This document shows positions 35,620 through 44,379 of a stretch of DNA of 55,868 bases, piece after piece. The notes under the pieces were generated by a model. The model had not been told where the DNA came from, did no database searches, and saw only the letters and a list, made by a program, of their open reading frames with translations. This DNA is from a virus. Taxonomy: Duplodnaviria > Caudoviricetes. Location of the stretch: the IMG/VR virus record IMGVR_UViG_3300036781_000517, positions 1-55,868 of that record; one strand, 5' to 3'. Numbering within the stretch: position 1 is the stretch's first letter; every line of letters begins with the position of its first letter. The translations under genes and the position numbers were made by a program.

Positions 35620-36636
35620 TCAAAAGAATCTGAGTCCGCCGCCGCGCGATCCGCCCCCGCCCCCCCTTCCACCGACCGCGAACGTCGCCTCCGGCCCGTC
35701 GATCTGCTTTCCGTCCATCGCTGGTGTTGACAACTTGAACGTATGTGAGGCAGTGTTGTTGATTATCCCATCGAAAATGTTACTGCCCCAAGTGCTGCTG
35801 CTGTCGACGAGCAAGCTGCCGTCCTTAAATAACTGTAGGCTGCCGCCGTTGAAAGCGGCACCAAACTGACTCGCAAAAAATGACCCGTTGATCGGCAAGA
35901 CTAGAGCTGGTGCAGGAGCGGGCAGAGGCGTGATGTCACCTGAGTTGATGGTAGCGGCGTCGCTCTCAACGTAAAGCGAGCTGGCGTCGTCACCGAACGT
36001 GCTGTTAAAGCGACACCTGATCTTTATCGAAGTCGCGTCGGCCGGGATCGGTATGTTCCCCGCGCCGTAGCCGCGTCCGTCGTAGGCATTGAACGAGTCC
36101 ATGTCGGCGACTCCACCGCCGTCTTGTGCGTCCATCCAATCGGTGAGCGAATTTCCGGTGGACGTACTGAGATACGCCACTTCGACGCCGGCATAGCTCG
36201 GCGAGTTGCTGTTGTCTGCGTCGCCCATCCAGGTGGGCACGCCGGAGGGGTCAGCCGTCATGGTGATGCCGATCGCCACCGGCTCGCCTGTTACGAGAGT
36301 GAACGTGGGCTTGCCGATGTCGGTTGGGGCCAACGGATGACTTATCGAGTCCACTTGGGTGGCGTCATCCATTACAGCCCGCAGGACTACAGTCCCGGCT
36401 GTGGCGTCCCGCAGAGGCACTAATCCGGATGTTCCGGTGCCTGCAAAGTCGCCGTCGTCAAGGTTGAAGTTGCTCGGATTAAAGTTCACATCGTAAATCG
36501 TCGGGCCAGAAACCAACAATACCCAGTGGTCGATCGTGGTGCTGCTGGCGCTCTGCACGCTGCCGGAGTTGCTGCAAGCCAGAACGAATCCCCTCACGTC
36601 ATTGGTAATGGTGATAATTGGGATGACTGCTGCCAT
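35620..36636 (-). CDS. acidic Ser/Thr/Gly-rich beta protein, possibly virion-associated
   Basis: 338 aa ORF with Gly-rich C-terminus. Confidence 0.65.
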   Translation of the reverse strand: MAAVIPIITITNDVRGFVLACSNSGSVQSASSTTIDHWVLLVSGPTIYDVNFNPSNFNLDDGDFAGTGTSGLVPLRDATAGTVVLRAVMDDATQVDSISHPLAPTDIGKPTFTLVTGEPVAIGITMTADPSGVPTWMGDADNSNSPSYAGVEVAYLSTSTGNSLTDWMDAQDGGGVADMDSFNAYDGRGYGAGNIPIPADATSIKIRCRFNSTFGDDASSLYVESDAATINSGDITPLPAPAPALVLPINGSFFASQFGAAFNGGSLQLFKDGSLLVDSSSTWGSNIFDGIINNTASHTFKLSTPAMDGKQIDGPEATFAVGGRGGGGGSRGGGLRFF

Positions 36637-36661
36637 TTACTTCACCGTTTGGACCGGGCAT

Positions 36662-37993
36662 TTACTTCGTGGCGTCGAAGAGGATCTTCAGGATGGCTGG
36701 CACCTTGGCCGTTCCCTCGGCTCGAAACCGTTTCCACGCCGGCGCGGTGGCGTCGTCGAGCCCAAGCAGTGCCCGCGGATCCGGGGTGCGTGCCGGCGCA
36801 CCGTTGCCGATCACCTGGAGCGATCGAAACCCATTCGCGCCCGCACCCTGTTTCAAGCTGGGATCCACCCGCGCCTCGCCGCCCGCCCAGCCGTAGATCG
36901 CGTTGTTGCTGACCACCAGGCTGTCGATGCCGTTGACCACGCCATCGGGCGAACCCCGCGCGACGTAGCTGTTTGCCGTCAGCAGGCAGGGCGCCACCAT
37001 GATGGCCGGCGCTTGGGATTTCGGGGCCGCGGCGATCAGGTTGTCCGAGACGGTGACGGCGTGGGAGTTGCCGACCAGGATCGCGTCGCCGCCGGGATCC
37101 TTGCCGCAGGGCGGCGCGCCGAAGATCGCGTTGCCGCTGACCGTGCCGACCGTCCCGCCCGCATGCACCGGTCCCTGGCCGTTGACCGCGCCGTGGGACG
37201 CCCCGTTTGGATCGTCGAAGAAAAGGTTGCCGACGACATCGCCGCCGCTGCGGGCCTGCAACCCAAAATTCGAGCTGCGGGAAAAGACGTTGCCCTTCAC
37301 CACCGCGGGGCCGCAGCGGGCACAGATATAGACCCCGTGATTCTGATTCGACTGGCTCTCACCCTTCGGTCCCCACCCGTTGTGATCGAACACGTTGCCG
37401 ATGAGCTGGATGCCGTCGACCAGGTCGAAGTAAAACCCGCTCGATCGACCGCCGGGACACCAGTTGTCGGTGACGACGCAATTGAGGAGCGTGACGCCGG
37501 CGATGCGCGTGTCCGTGCCTGGCCAGCGGTCCACGCCCTCGGCGGTGCCCCCGAAGGTGAAGCCGTGGATTGAGCAGGAGTCGATGAGTATCGCGCCGCC
37601 GCCCCAGCCGATCCCGATTCCTACATTGGTCGGCGTGTCCGCCGCAAATTCGATCCCGCGAATGACCACGTTGCTGCGACCGGCCATGTACACCGCCATG
37701 CCGTCGGCGACGGAGACGATCGGCGCGGGCTTGGTGGGATCTCCGGTCGCTTCGAAGGTCGTGCCGTCCTTGGCGATGCCCAGGTACGTTCCCTTGGCCA
37801 GGCGGTAGACGCCCCCGCGCTGGAGCTGCACGACTCCGCCGGCATTGAGCGCCGCCTGGATGTTTCCGCCGGGCGCGACGATCGCCGGCACCGGCGCGCG
37901 TGGCGGGGGAACCGTCGCGGCAAAGACCCAAGCCAGAGACAGCGCAATGACGAGCGCCCCGAAGAGGGGCTTGATCGGATGGTGGTGTTTCAT
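36662..37993 (-). CDS. secreted right-handed beta-helix protein
   Basis: Signal peptide; GNVFDHNGW, GNVF, GNLF, GNAI, DNLI, NNAI repeats. Confidence 0.85.
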   Translation of the reverse strand: MKHHHPIKPLFGALVIALSLAWVFAATVPPPRAPVPAIVAPGGNIQAALNAGGVVQLQRGGVYRLAKGTYLGIAKDGTTFEATGDPTKPAPIVSVADGMAVYMAGRSNVVIRGIEFAADTPTNVGIGIGWGGGAILIDSCSIHGFTFGGTAEGVDRWPGTDTRIAGVTLLNCVVTDNWCPGGRSSGFYFDLVDGIQLIGNVFDHNGWGPKGESQSNQNHGVYICARCGPAVVKGNVFSRSSNFGLQARSGGDVVGNLFFDDPNGASHGAVNGQGPVHAGGTVGTVSGNAIFGAPPCGKDPGGDAILVGNSHAVTVSDNLIAAAPKSQAPAIMVAPCLLTANSYVARGSPDGVVNGIDSLVVSNNAIYGWAGGEARVDPSLKQGAGANGFRSLQVIGNGAPARTPDPRALLGLDDATAPAWKRFRAEGTAKVPAILKILFDATK

Positions 37994-38006
37994 TTTTGAA
38001 GTGGGA

Positions 38007-38381
38007 TCAGGTGTCTTCGTCGTCGTCGAGGTCCTGGATGGCGTTGACGACGTAAATGATGGCCGTGTCCGGCCAGCACTCGGCGGCGTGATCCTCGAAG
38101 GTTCCGATGTACCAGCCATCGGGCCAGCCGTCGGCGTAGACGTAGTAACCCTCGCGGCGGATCACGCAGACGCTTCGCCAGCCTTCCGCGACGGCCGCCT
38201 TGCGCACCGCCGGGATCAGGTCCCGGCAATCCTCGGACAGGCAGACGATCTTCGGACCGGTGCTAGCACTTTCTCCCAGGGCCGCCTCGTCCCGCGCGAG
38301 AATCGGGCGGCTCGGCCGCGTCGCCGGCGATGCCGCGACGCACAGGACCAGCAGCGTGGGGATGATTCGGTTGAGGATCAT
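38007..38381 (-). CDS. secreted protein
   Basis: Signal peptide, PATRP linker, ATGA coupling. Confidence 0.65.
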   Translation of the reverse strand: MILNRIIPTLLVLCVAASPATRPSRPILARDEAALGESASTGPKIVCLSEDCRDLIPAVRKAAVAEGWRSVCVIRREGYYVYADGWPDGWYIGTFEDHAAECWPDTAIIYVVNAIQDLDDDEDT

Positions 38382-38608
38382 GCGCCGGAGGCCTTGGCCG
38401 CGGCGGCCACGTCTTTTTCCGCCCAGCGTCGCTCGCACGCTTCCACGCGGGCCCGCAGTTGGGCGATTTCGATTTGCTGGTTTTCCACGATCTTGAAAAG
38501 CTCGGCCCGCAGCTTGGCCGAGTCCTGGTCGCGGTAGGCGAGCAGCTCGACCAGCTTGGTGCCGATGCCGCCGCCGGCGAAAGTCAGAACGAACTGCAGC
38601 CAGGACAT
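38378..38608 (-). CDS. single-TM coiled-coil protein (lysis cassette)
   Basis: Hydrophobic N-terminus with GGGIG, then coiled coil; GGAG RBS. Confidence 0.65.
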   Translation of the reverse strand: MSWLQFVLTFAGGGIGTKLVELLAYRDQDSAKLRAELFKIVENQQIEIAQLRARVEACERRWAEKDVAAAAKASGA

Positions 38609-38643
38609 GAGCTCTCCCCTGGTACGAACGAGTGCGGATCGGG

Positions 38644-38883
38644 TCAGCGTGCCGGCGACGTCGCGGGCCGGTGCAGCAGCGCCGGCGGGAACGCGACATA
38701 TCCGGCCGGAATGGTCTGTCGGTTGGTCCCGCGCACCTCTTTTTTGGTTTCGGGATCCACGACGTAGGTGTACGCCTGGACGTCCTCAGCGAGCCGCACC
38801 GGCGCGTCGCCGGGAACGAAGATGGTTCGGCTGCCGCAGCCAGCCATCAGTGCCGCGAGGATCAGCAATGGTGCGAGCTTCAT
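38644..38883 (-). CDS. lipoprotein, o-spanin candidate
   Basis: Lipobox LMAG-C. Confidence 0.7.
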   Translation of the reverse strand: MKLAPLLILAALMAGCGSRTIFVPGDAPVRLAEDVQAYTYVVDPETKKEVRGTNRQTIPAGYVAFPPALLHRPATSPAR

Positions 38884-39104
38884 AGCGATTCGGCCTTTCC
38901 CGCTGCGACCGCGTCGTAGTACGCGTCTTGCGCGGCTTTGATTTGCTCCGGCGTCGCCGCCGGCGCCTCGACGGCCGTGCTGGCCATCGCCTGACGCCAA
39001 GCCGCGGCGATCGCAGGGAGGTTCTTGAGGACCTCCCGCACGGTCGCGGCGACGGCTTGGGCGATCAGGTCGATGATCCAGGGCGGAAGGACCATGGGTT
39101 GCAT
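38880..39104 (-). CDS. small protein, i-spanin candidate
   Basis: ATGA coupled to the lipoprotein; moderately hydrophobic N-terminus. Confidence 0.5.
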   Translation of the reverse strand: MQPMVLPPWIIDLIAQAVAATVREVLKNLPAIAAAWRQAMASTAVEAPAATPEQIKAAQDAYYDAVAAGKAESL

Positions 39105-39129
39105 CGCGCTTCTATGGCGCGATCCATGC

Positions 39130-39303
39130 TTACTTGGCCGGGACGGCTGCCTTCTCCGCGCGTGCAGCCTGGACAGCGGCAAACACGGCGACGGCGGCAT
39201 TTGCGAGCGAGCTCGCAGCGCCCTCAATGGCGGTGACGGTCGCCGGCTGGCTCAGGCCCAGGGCCTTGGCTGCCAGGTCGGCGAGGAATTTCGCGAGATC
39301 CAT
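39130..39303 (-). CDS. small Ala-rich protein (57 aa, absent from ORF track)
   Basis: AGGAG RBS; MDLAKFLADLAAKALG... Confidence 0.65.
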   Translation of the reverse strand: MDLAKFLADLAAKALGLSQPATVTAIEGAASSLANAAVAVFAAVQAARAEKAAVPAK

Positions 39304-39321
39304 CGGGGACTCCTGTGCGGC

Positions 39322-39567
39322 TCACGGCCGCGGCTTGGACTTGGGGGTCAAGAGGGAAACAGTTGCAGACACGAGCCACCCGATCGGCCCGCACGTCTTG
39401 ATGATCGCGCGGGCCAGGACGTACATGACCGCGACGATCGTCAGCCCGACGACGGCGGCGAGACGCAGCGACAGGGGATTGCCGTGGTCCATCGCCAGAT
39501 AGGCCAGCCCGCCGCCGGTGCCGGCGGAGAAGTGGAACCCGGAGGATTTCCAGCCGGGCCTGTTCAC
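39322..39567 (-). CDS. holin candidate
   Basis: RPGWKSSGF start then hydrophobic segments; GTGA coupling. Confidence 0.55.
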   Translation of the reverse strand: MNRPGWKSSGFHFSAGTGGGLAYLAMDHGNPLSLRLAAVVGLTIVAVMYVLARAIIKTCGPIGWLVSATVSLLTPKSKPRP

Positions 39568-39833
39568 GCGTTCGGGCTTTCGTAGGCGTTCAGTCCGACC
39601 GCTTGCATGAGCCCCGACTCCACGGCTTCCACAACGCGCTCGACGCCGGCGAACACTTCGATCGATTGACCGCTGCGAAGATGAATGACGGAATACACCT
39701 GGCCCGGCCGGAAGGAGTGATAGCGATGCTCGCGTGGCTCGACTGCGACGACCGCGGAAGGGTTGAGATACACGTTGGGCCCGTAGCCCCACGGGTCGTC
39801 GCCTGTCTTGGTGATGCCCGGGAGCTTGATCAT
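39564..39833 (-). CDS. hypothetical protein
   Basis: VYLNPSAVVAVEP; coupled on both sides. Confidence 0.65.
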   Translation of the reverse strand: MIKLPGITKTGDDPWGYGPNVYLNPSAVVAVEPREHRYHSFRPGQVYSVIHLRSGQSIEVFAGVERVVEAVESGLMQAVGLNAYESPNA

Positions 39834-40093
39834 TTCTGGGAGGCAGCCTGCGCAACCTGGAACGGCATCCAGACGCAGTAGCAGCCGGCGTCCGGCGCCG
39901 GCTCGTCATCCTGGAGCAACCGCACCGAAGTTGGGGGATTCGACACGGCGTTTCCGTTGCCGTCGAAAATGGCGAGATTCACGCAGCGGTCACCCCAAAC
40001 ATGGGCGACCAAAGCGGCTTGGGGCTGGATGTTTTCGTGCGCGGGTTTCTTTTCGTAGAACCACACGACGCGACCGACTGTTGGCTTGATCAT
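39830..40093 (-). CDS. conserved phage protein
   Basis: IKPTVGRVVWF...AALVAHV...VNLAIFD...WMPFQ; GAGGAG RBS. Confidence 0.85.
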   Translation of the reverse strand: MIKPTVGRVVWFYEKKPAHENIQPQAALVAHVWGDRCVNLAIFDGNGNAVSNPPTSVRLLQDDEPAPDAGCYCVWMPFQVAQAASQK

Positions 40094-40101
40094 GTTGCTC
40101 C

Positions 40102-40551
40102 TCATTTCCTGTCGGCGGCCGTGCGGATGGCCTCTTCGTCGAGCCCCTTCACCGCGTCGACCAGAGCGAGCTCGGCACCCTTGATCCGCACGATGTTGAG
40201 CTTGTTGATCGGCTCACCCTCTTCGGAAATCTCCGCGAGCTGATCGCGAGACAGGAACTCCAAAGCTGCGTCGCGCTTGACCGAGATGGCGGAAAGGAAT
40301 TGGGCTCGCGTGATCTTCTCGCGCTGCAGGAGGCGAAAGAGCTTCTCGGGGCTGGTCGTCGACGGCGTGTACCCAACGAGCAGCGACTCGAAATAGAGTC
40401 CGGTTGCCCGCTTGGCATCCCGCTCGATTTGCCGGGCCTTGATGCTCTTCTGGAGCGGATCCCTGTACTTCTTCACCAGCTCGTCGACGAAGCCCACCTG
40501 GTCAATGCGCTGGTCTTGGGAGACCGGGGATTCGGTTGCCGACGTTAGCAT
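40102..40551 (-). CDS. hypothetical protein
   Basis: AAGGGA RBS, typical codon usage. Confidence 0.7.
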   Translation of the reverse strand: MLTSATESPVSQDQRIDQVGFVDELVKKYRDPLQKSIKARQIERDAKRATGLYFESLLVGYTPSTTSPEKLFRLLQREKITRAQFLSAISVKRDAALEFLSRDQLAEISEEGEPINKLNIVRIKGAELALVDAVKGLDEEAIRTAADRK

Positions 40552-40859
40552 GCAAATTTCCCTTCGGGGGGGAGCGGGGGGATGCGGCGTTTCATCCACG
40601 GCACACGATGCCGTTGATGCCGCTGCTTTGGTCGTCGATCTCGGTCGTCGGTGGTTCGTCCGGATCGTCCACGGTCGGCCCGGCCGGCCTCGTCAAAATC
40701 AAAGAGGAGTTGCACGTTGCCGCGACGCTTCATCGCGCGAAAAAACGGCCGAGCAGGTTCCACCATCTGGGCCGCGCGGCGCATGGGCCGCCGTGGTGCG
40801 GCCGCCGGGTGCAGTACCAGCCGCAAGGTGGACGCTTGCAATGACGGGGCATGGATTTC

Positions 40860-41183
40860 TTAAAAGCCGCGACAGGGCACGATCTGTACGACGCCCGTCA
40901 GGCGGACCTTGTCTGCGAATGGATCGATCAGGAAAGCGAAGCCCAAGGGTGCGCGGCTTGTCGGTCGGGTTCGGGTCAGCGTCGGCTCCGGATGGCAGAG
41001 CACCCAGCCCGCGACGTCGGAGGCGGCGAAGGCCAGCAGCACCGGGCAACCGTCGAGCAGGACCTTCAGTTGGTCGCTCTTCGGCGTCAGACCCGCCTGC
41101 CACACGGCGCCGGGGACAGCCTGCGGCCGCGGTGGCTCGATCGCGACGATCGGGCCGCGGAAGCTGCTGGCGAGTTGGCGCAT
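40860..41183 (-). CDS. hypothetical protein
   Basis: Starts 4 nt after the upstream stop. Confidence 0.5.
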   Translation of the reverse strand: MRQLASSFRGPIVAIEPPRPQAVPGAVWQAGLTPKSDQLKVLLDGCPVLLAFAASDVAGWVLCHPEPTLTRTRPTSRAPLGFAFLIDPFADKVRLTGVVQIVPCRGF

Positions 41184-41186
41184 CGG

Positions 41187-41405
41187 TCAGAGGTCGTCGG
41201 CGTCGGACAGTGAGAGCAGGCGCACCCGGATCCGCGGGAGTGCCCGCGGCCGTGGAGGAATCCCCAGCACCTTGCGGCCCGCACGAACACGATGCGCTAC
41301 GGCCGATCGGGTGATCCCCCAATCGCGTCCGAGCTGCTCTTGTGTCACATGGCCGTACCGATACTCGCGGAGTGCCAGGGCTTGCCGGCGCGTCAGTCGC
41401 GTCAC
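41187..41405 (-). CDS. sigma region-4-like HTH protein
   Basis: LTRRQALAL...TQEQLGRDWGITRSAVAHRV; GAGGGA RBS. Confidence 0.75.
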   Translation of the reverse strand: MTRLTRRQALALREYRYGHVTQEQLGRDWGITRSAVAHRVRAGRKVLGIPPRPRALPRIRVRLLSLSDADDL

Positions 41406-41474
41406 AGGTCCCTCTATAAGTGACCCTTTTCGAGTGTGAAGTTTCCGCGTTTGCGATCCAAAAACGCGGGCGTC

Positions 41475-42158
41475 TCATACGACGATCGAGCGAGTCTTGC
41501 TCTTGCCCAGGTACCGCCGCATCTGCGCCTCGTACACCTCGCGGTCCTCACCCCTGTCCTCTCCCGCCAGGATCCCGGCGGCGATCTCCCGCTGTAGCGC
41601 GGCCTTGGTTTCAGGGAGCAGCTCGGGCTCGACCAGGTCGATGCCGCGGAGTCGGCCGGCCTCGTCACGGAGGGCGGTGACGCCGGCAAGCTCGATCGCG
41701 CGGCCGCTTGCCGAGGGATCGGCTGCCGCCGGCGCGTCGGCCAGCACGTCGTCGGCCGCGGGCTGGACGCCGTCGGCCCGGCCATACCCCTGCTCGATCG
41801 ACCATCTGATCTGTTGCGCGAGCAGCTCGTTGTTGTGGCAGTCCAGGCAGATCCGCTTGGCGCGCGGGCGGCCGCGGCTGGTAAAGCGAACCTCGTGCGC
41901 GAGGTAGTAGTGGGGATAGTGGGCCGGGGCGAAGCCGGAGAATGGGGACCAAGGCAAGCTGGCGTCGTGATACGCCGGCCCATTCCGCTCCCCTTGGCCA
42001 CGGCACCGGCGTGGTTGCGTCCGTGGACAAACGGTGGATCGATAGCCGCCCGGATCGTACGGCCGGAATTGCCCGTCCGCCGTGCGCGGAGCGGTACCCT
42101 GACGACGGGGCTTGCCGGCGCGGACGCGCGCAGCGGCGTGGGAAGTCACTTCGCCCAT
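41475..42158 (-). CDS. hypothetical protein, first gene of the leftward arm
   Basis: GAGGT RBS; CLDC motif. Confidence 0.6.
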   Translation of the reverse strand: MGEVTSHAAARVRAGKPRRQGTAPRTADGQFRPYDPGGYRSTVCPRTQPRRCRGQGERNGPAYHDASLPWSPFSGFAPAHYPHYYLAHEVRFTSRGRPRAKRICLDCHNNELLAQQIRWSIEQGYGRADGVQPAADDVLADAPAAADPSASGRAIELAGVTALRDEAGRLRGIDLVEPELLPETKAALQREIAAGILAGEDRGEDREVYEAQMRRYLGKSKTRSIVV

Positions 42159-42311
42159 GGCGACCTCACGAGGGGATGACACAGGTGGGAAATGCCGCCG
42201 GGGAAAACGCCCGCCCCGCGCGGTCAGCCCGATCGCTCTATTCGACCGTCGCGGCCACAAATCGCAATCAAAAATGCCGTCCGATGTTAGGTAGGTGTGT
42301 ATAGTGTCCGC

Positions 42312-42608
42312 GTGCCGCGGCACAACGTGTATTTCGACGCGGGGACGGATCGCCGGCTGACCGACTTTGCAGCCTCATTGGGGGTTGGGCGGGGCGCGGC
42401 GATTCGGGCGCTACTGGACTTGGCCGAGGGGATCGAGACGGCGCGGACGCGGCTGCGGCGCGAGAAGCTGACCGAGATCGCGGGCGCCGCGGCGAACCTC
42501 TATGAAGCCCTGAGTCTCCCCGCCAACCGCCAGCTCGTCTTGCAAATCCGGGCCGCCGTTTGGGCGCTCCAGGCGACACTCCCCAAGCCGCCGGCATCGA
42601 CGAAATAA
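42312..42608 (+). CDS. RHH/CopG-like regulator
   Basis: RHNVYFD...RLTDFAASLGVGRGAAIRALL; TATAGT 6 nt upstream suggests a leaderless mRNA. Confidence 0.7.
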   Translation: MPRHNVYFDAGTDRRLTDFAASLGVGRGAAIRALLDLAEGIETARTRLRREKLTEIAGAAANLYEALSLPANRQLVLQIRAAVWALQATLPKPPASTK

Positions 42609-42621
42609 TTCGAGAATTAGG

Positions 42622-42651
42622 TTGACAAAGGTATTACCAAGGTAGTACCAT
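42622..42651 (+). promoter_or_regulatory. Early promoter with tandem operator
   Basis: TTGACA-18-TACCAT; AAGGTATTACC/AAGGTAGTACC direct repeat. Confidence 0.75.
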
Positions 42652-42732
42652 CCGCAAATCAAGGTTGGGTCGTCCAACCGGAACGCGTCCTGAAACGACA
42701 CCGGCAAGCCCGGAAGTCGAAAGGAGCCTTAG

Positions 42733-43638
42733 ATGTCCGCTACTTTTTCTCCCGCCGTTGCCACAGCCGCAGTCGCCCTCTTGGCCGATCAGAAGTACGC
42801 CCCGAACCGAAAGCACGCCGCCGAACTGGCCAAGACCGCTCCACGAGGCAATCGCGGCAAGATTGCCGATGCCATCTACGCAATCGCCCAGCTCCGCCTG
42901 GATCGGGCGGCACTCAAGCCAACCGGTCGCACCATCCGCGAGCTACTGCGGGCCAGCTACGCCAAGCGGATCGGTAAATTGATTCGGACGCATGGGCCAG
43001 TACCAGCTAAGAGCGGCGCCGGAGATTTGACCGAAACCGTCGTCCTTGATGCGGGCCGACGCGAGCCGCACACCAGCACGATAACGGGCCAAGGCGACCG
43101 CTCTTCGGTCGCCAACAGCTACGGTTACGCCATAATCGATCACCACGTCACTCACCACCTTCCAGCCGATTCGGTCGTGCGAGTGGTCGGCGGCCTCGTA
43201 ACCGTCCTGCATTACCGCGACCGCAATAACGTCGTCGCCGGGTGCTGGTGGGCCGTCAAGGGCCGCGGCTACTCGTGCAACTGGCAGCACGGGTATTTGA
43301 TCCGCGGGCACCACGCCAAGGCGAAGTCCCTGGAGGCGGCCGTTAAGGCCGAGCGGAAGGCCCGCAAAGCGGCGCACCTGGCGTACTGGGAATCCCGCCG
43401 GCGCGAGTCGCTCAAATCCATGCCGCTCACGCACCGCTGGCTCACCTATGCCGACTCGTTGGCCTCGGGCAATTGCCCGGCCGGCACGCGTCGGGCCGCC
43501 GAGCGTCTGGCCGAGTCTCTCGGGATCCCCGCCGGCGACTTGGAACTCGGTGTCGCGGTCCGCGCCGACGTCGTGGCCGAGCGACTCACTGACCTCGCGC
43601 CGTTTGTGGGCCGCGCACTCAATGCGGCCGCGCACTGA
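42733..43638 (+). CDS. hypothetical early protein
   Basis: AAAGGAG RBS; DSLASGNCPAGT motif. Confidence 0.8.
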   Translation: MSATFSPAVATAAVALLADQKYAPNRKHAAELAKTAPRGNRGKIADAIYAIAQLRLDRAALKPTGRTIRELLRASYAKRIGKLIRTHGPVPAKSGAGDLTETVVLDAGRREPHTSTITGQGDRSSVANSYGYAIIDHHVTHHLPADSVVRVVGGLVTVLHYRDRNNVVAGCWWAVKGRGYSCNWQHGYLIRGHHAKAKSLEAAVKAERKARKAAHLAYWESRRRESLKSMPLTHRWLTYADSLASGNCPAGTRRAAERLAESLGIPAGDLELGVAVRADVVAERLTDLAPFVGRALNAAAH

Positions 43639-43677
43639 TCCTGCAGGAGGCCGCCCGAGAAAATCGGGCGGTCGCGA

Positions 43678-43710
43678 CCCGGCCCGCACCTTGCGGGCCG
43701 GGAATTTTTT
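43678..43710 (+). terminator. Intrinsic terminator
   Basis: cccggcccgca-cct-tgcgggccggg plus aatttttt. Confidence 0.8.
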
Positions 43711-43720
43711 GGGAGTCCAA

Positions 43721-43954
43721 ATGCCCCGCGAAGACAACCAATCCGTCACCGAAACACATGTCCTCTACACCTACGCCGACAAGCGCGAAGTTGGGACATC
43801 CGAGCTGACAGCAAAGCAGTATCGCCACTACGTGGCGATGAGCGACCAGCACACGGGAGCGATCAGGCTCGGGGCTCTGCCGCATGACTACTACGACCTT
43901 GCCCCCGAGTTCCAGGATTTGCCCGAGAACACCACCGTCTACATCGAGGAGTAG
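43721..43954 (+). CDS. hypothetical protein
   Basis: GGAG RBS. Confidence 0.7.
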   Translation: MPREDNQSVTETHVLYTYADKREVGTSELTAKQYRHYVAMSDQHTGAIRLGALPHDYYDLAPEFQDLPENTTVYIEE

Positions 43955-43959
43955 TGCCG

Positions 43960-44379
43960 ATGCCCCGCGAAGACAATAACCGCCGATCCGTCTACCTGTC
44001 CGAAGAGGCACTCAAGCTGCTCAAGGGATTCGACAGCCTTTCCGGCCGGCTCAACAACGTGCTGGAGCGCTACGACGCTTCATGGCGCGAGTCGCTGCCC
44101 GAGCTCTCGAAAAACGAGTGGTGTGCCATCTGCGACGCCAACAACGGGACCATCTTCGATCAGCCATCGATCATGATCGTCTGGGCCAACGTCGCCGATT
44201 CTCCAGACCTCGAAGAAAAGTGGGGGATCAAGCTCGCTCCGCTGGTGAAGAAACTGCGCGCACTCGCCAAACCCCAGGCTGTCGCGGTGATCGAGGCGAT
44301 CGAAACATTCTGGCGGAATCACGAATTGCCGACAGACGAGGCGTTGGCCGTGGCCGGGGTAATCCCTCGTGAAAAGTGA
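43960..44379 (+). CDS. protein with RHH-like N-terminus
   Basis: GAGGAG RBS; RRSVYLSEEAL...SLSGRLNNVLERY. Confidence 0.75.
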   Translation: MPREDNNRRSVYLSEEALKLLKGFDSLSGRLNNVLERYDASWRESLPELSKNEWCAICDANNGTIFDQPSIMIVWANVADSPDLEEKWGIKLAPLVKKLRALAKPQAVAVIEAIETFWRNHELPTDEALAVAGVIPREK

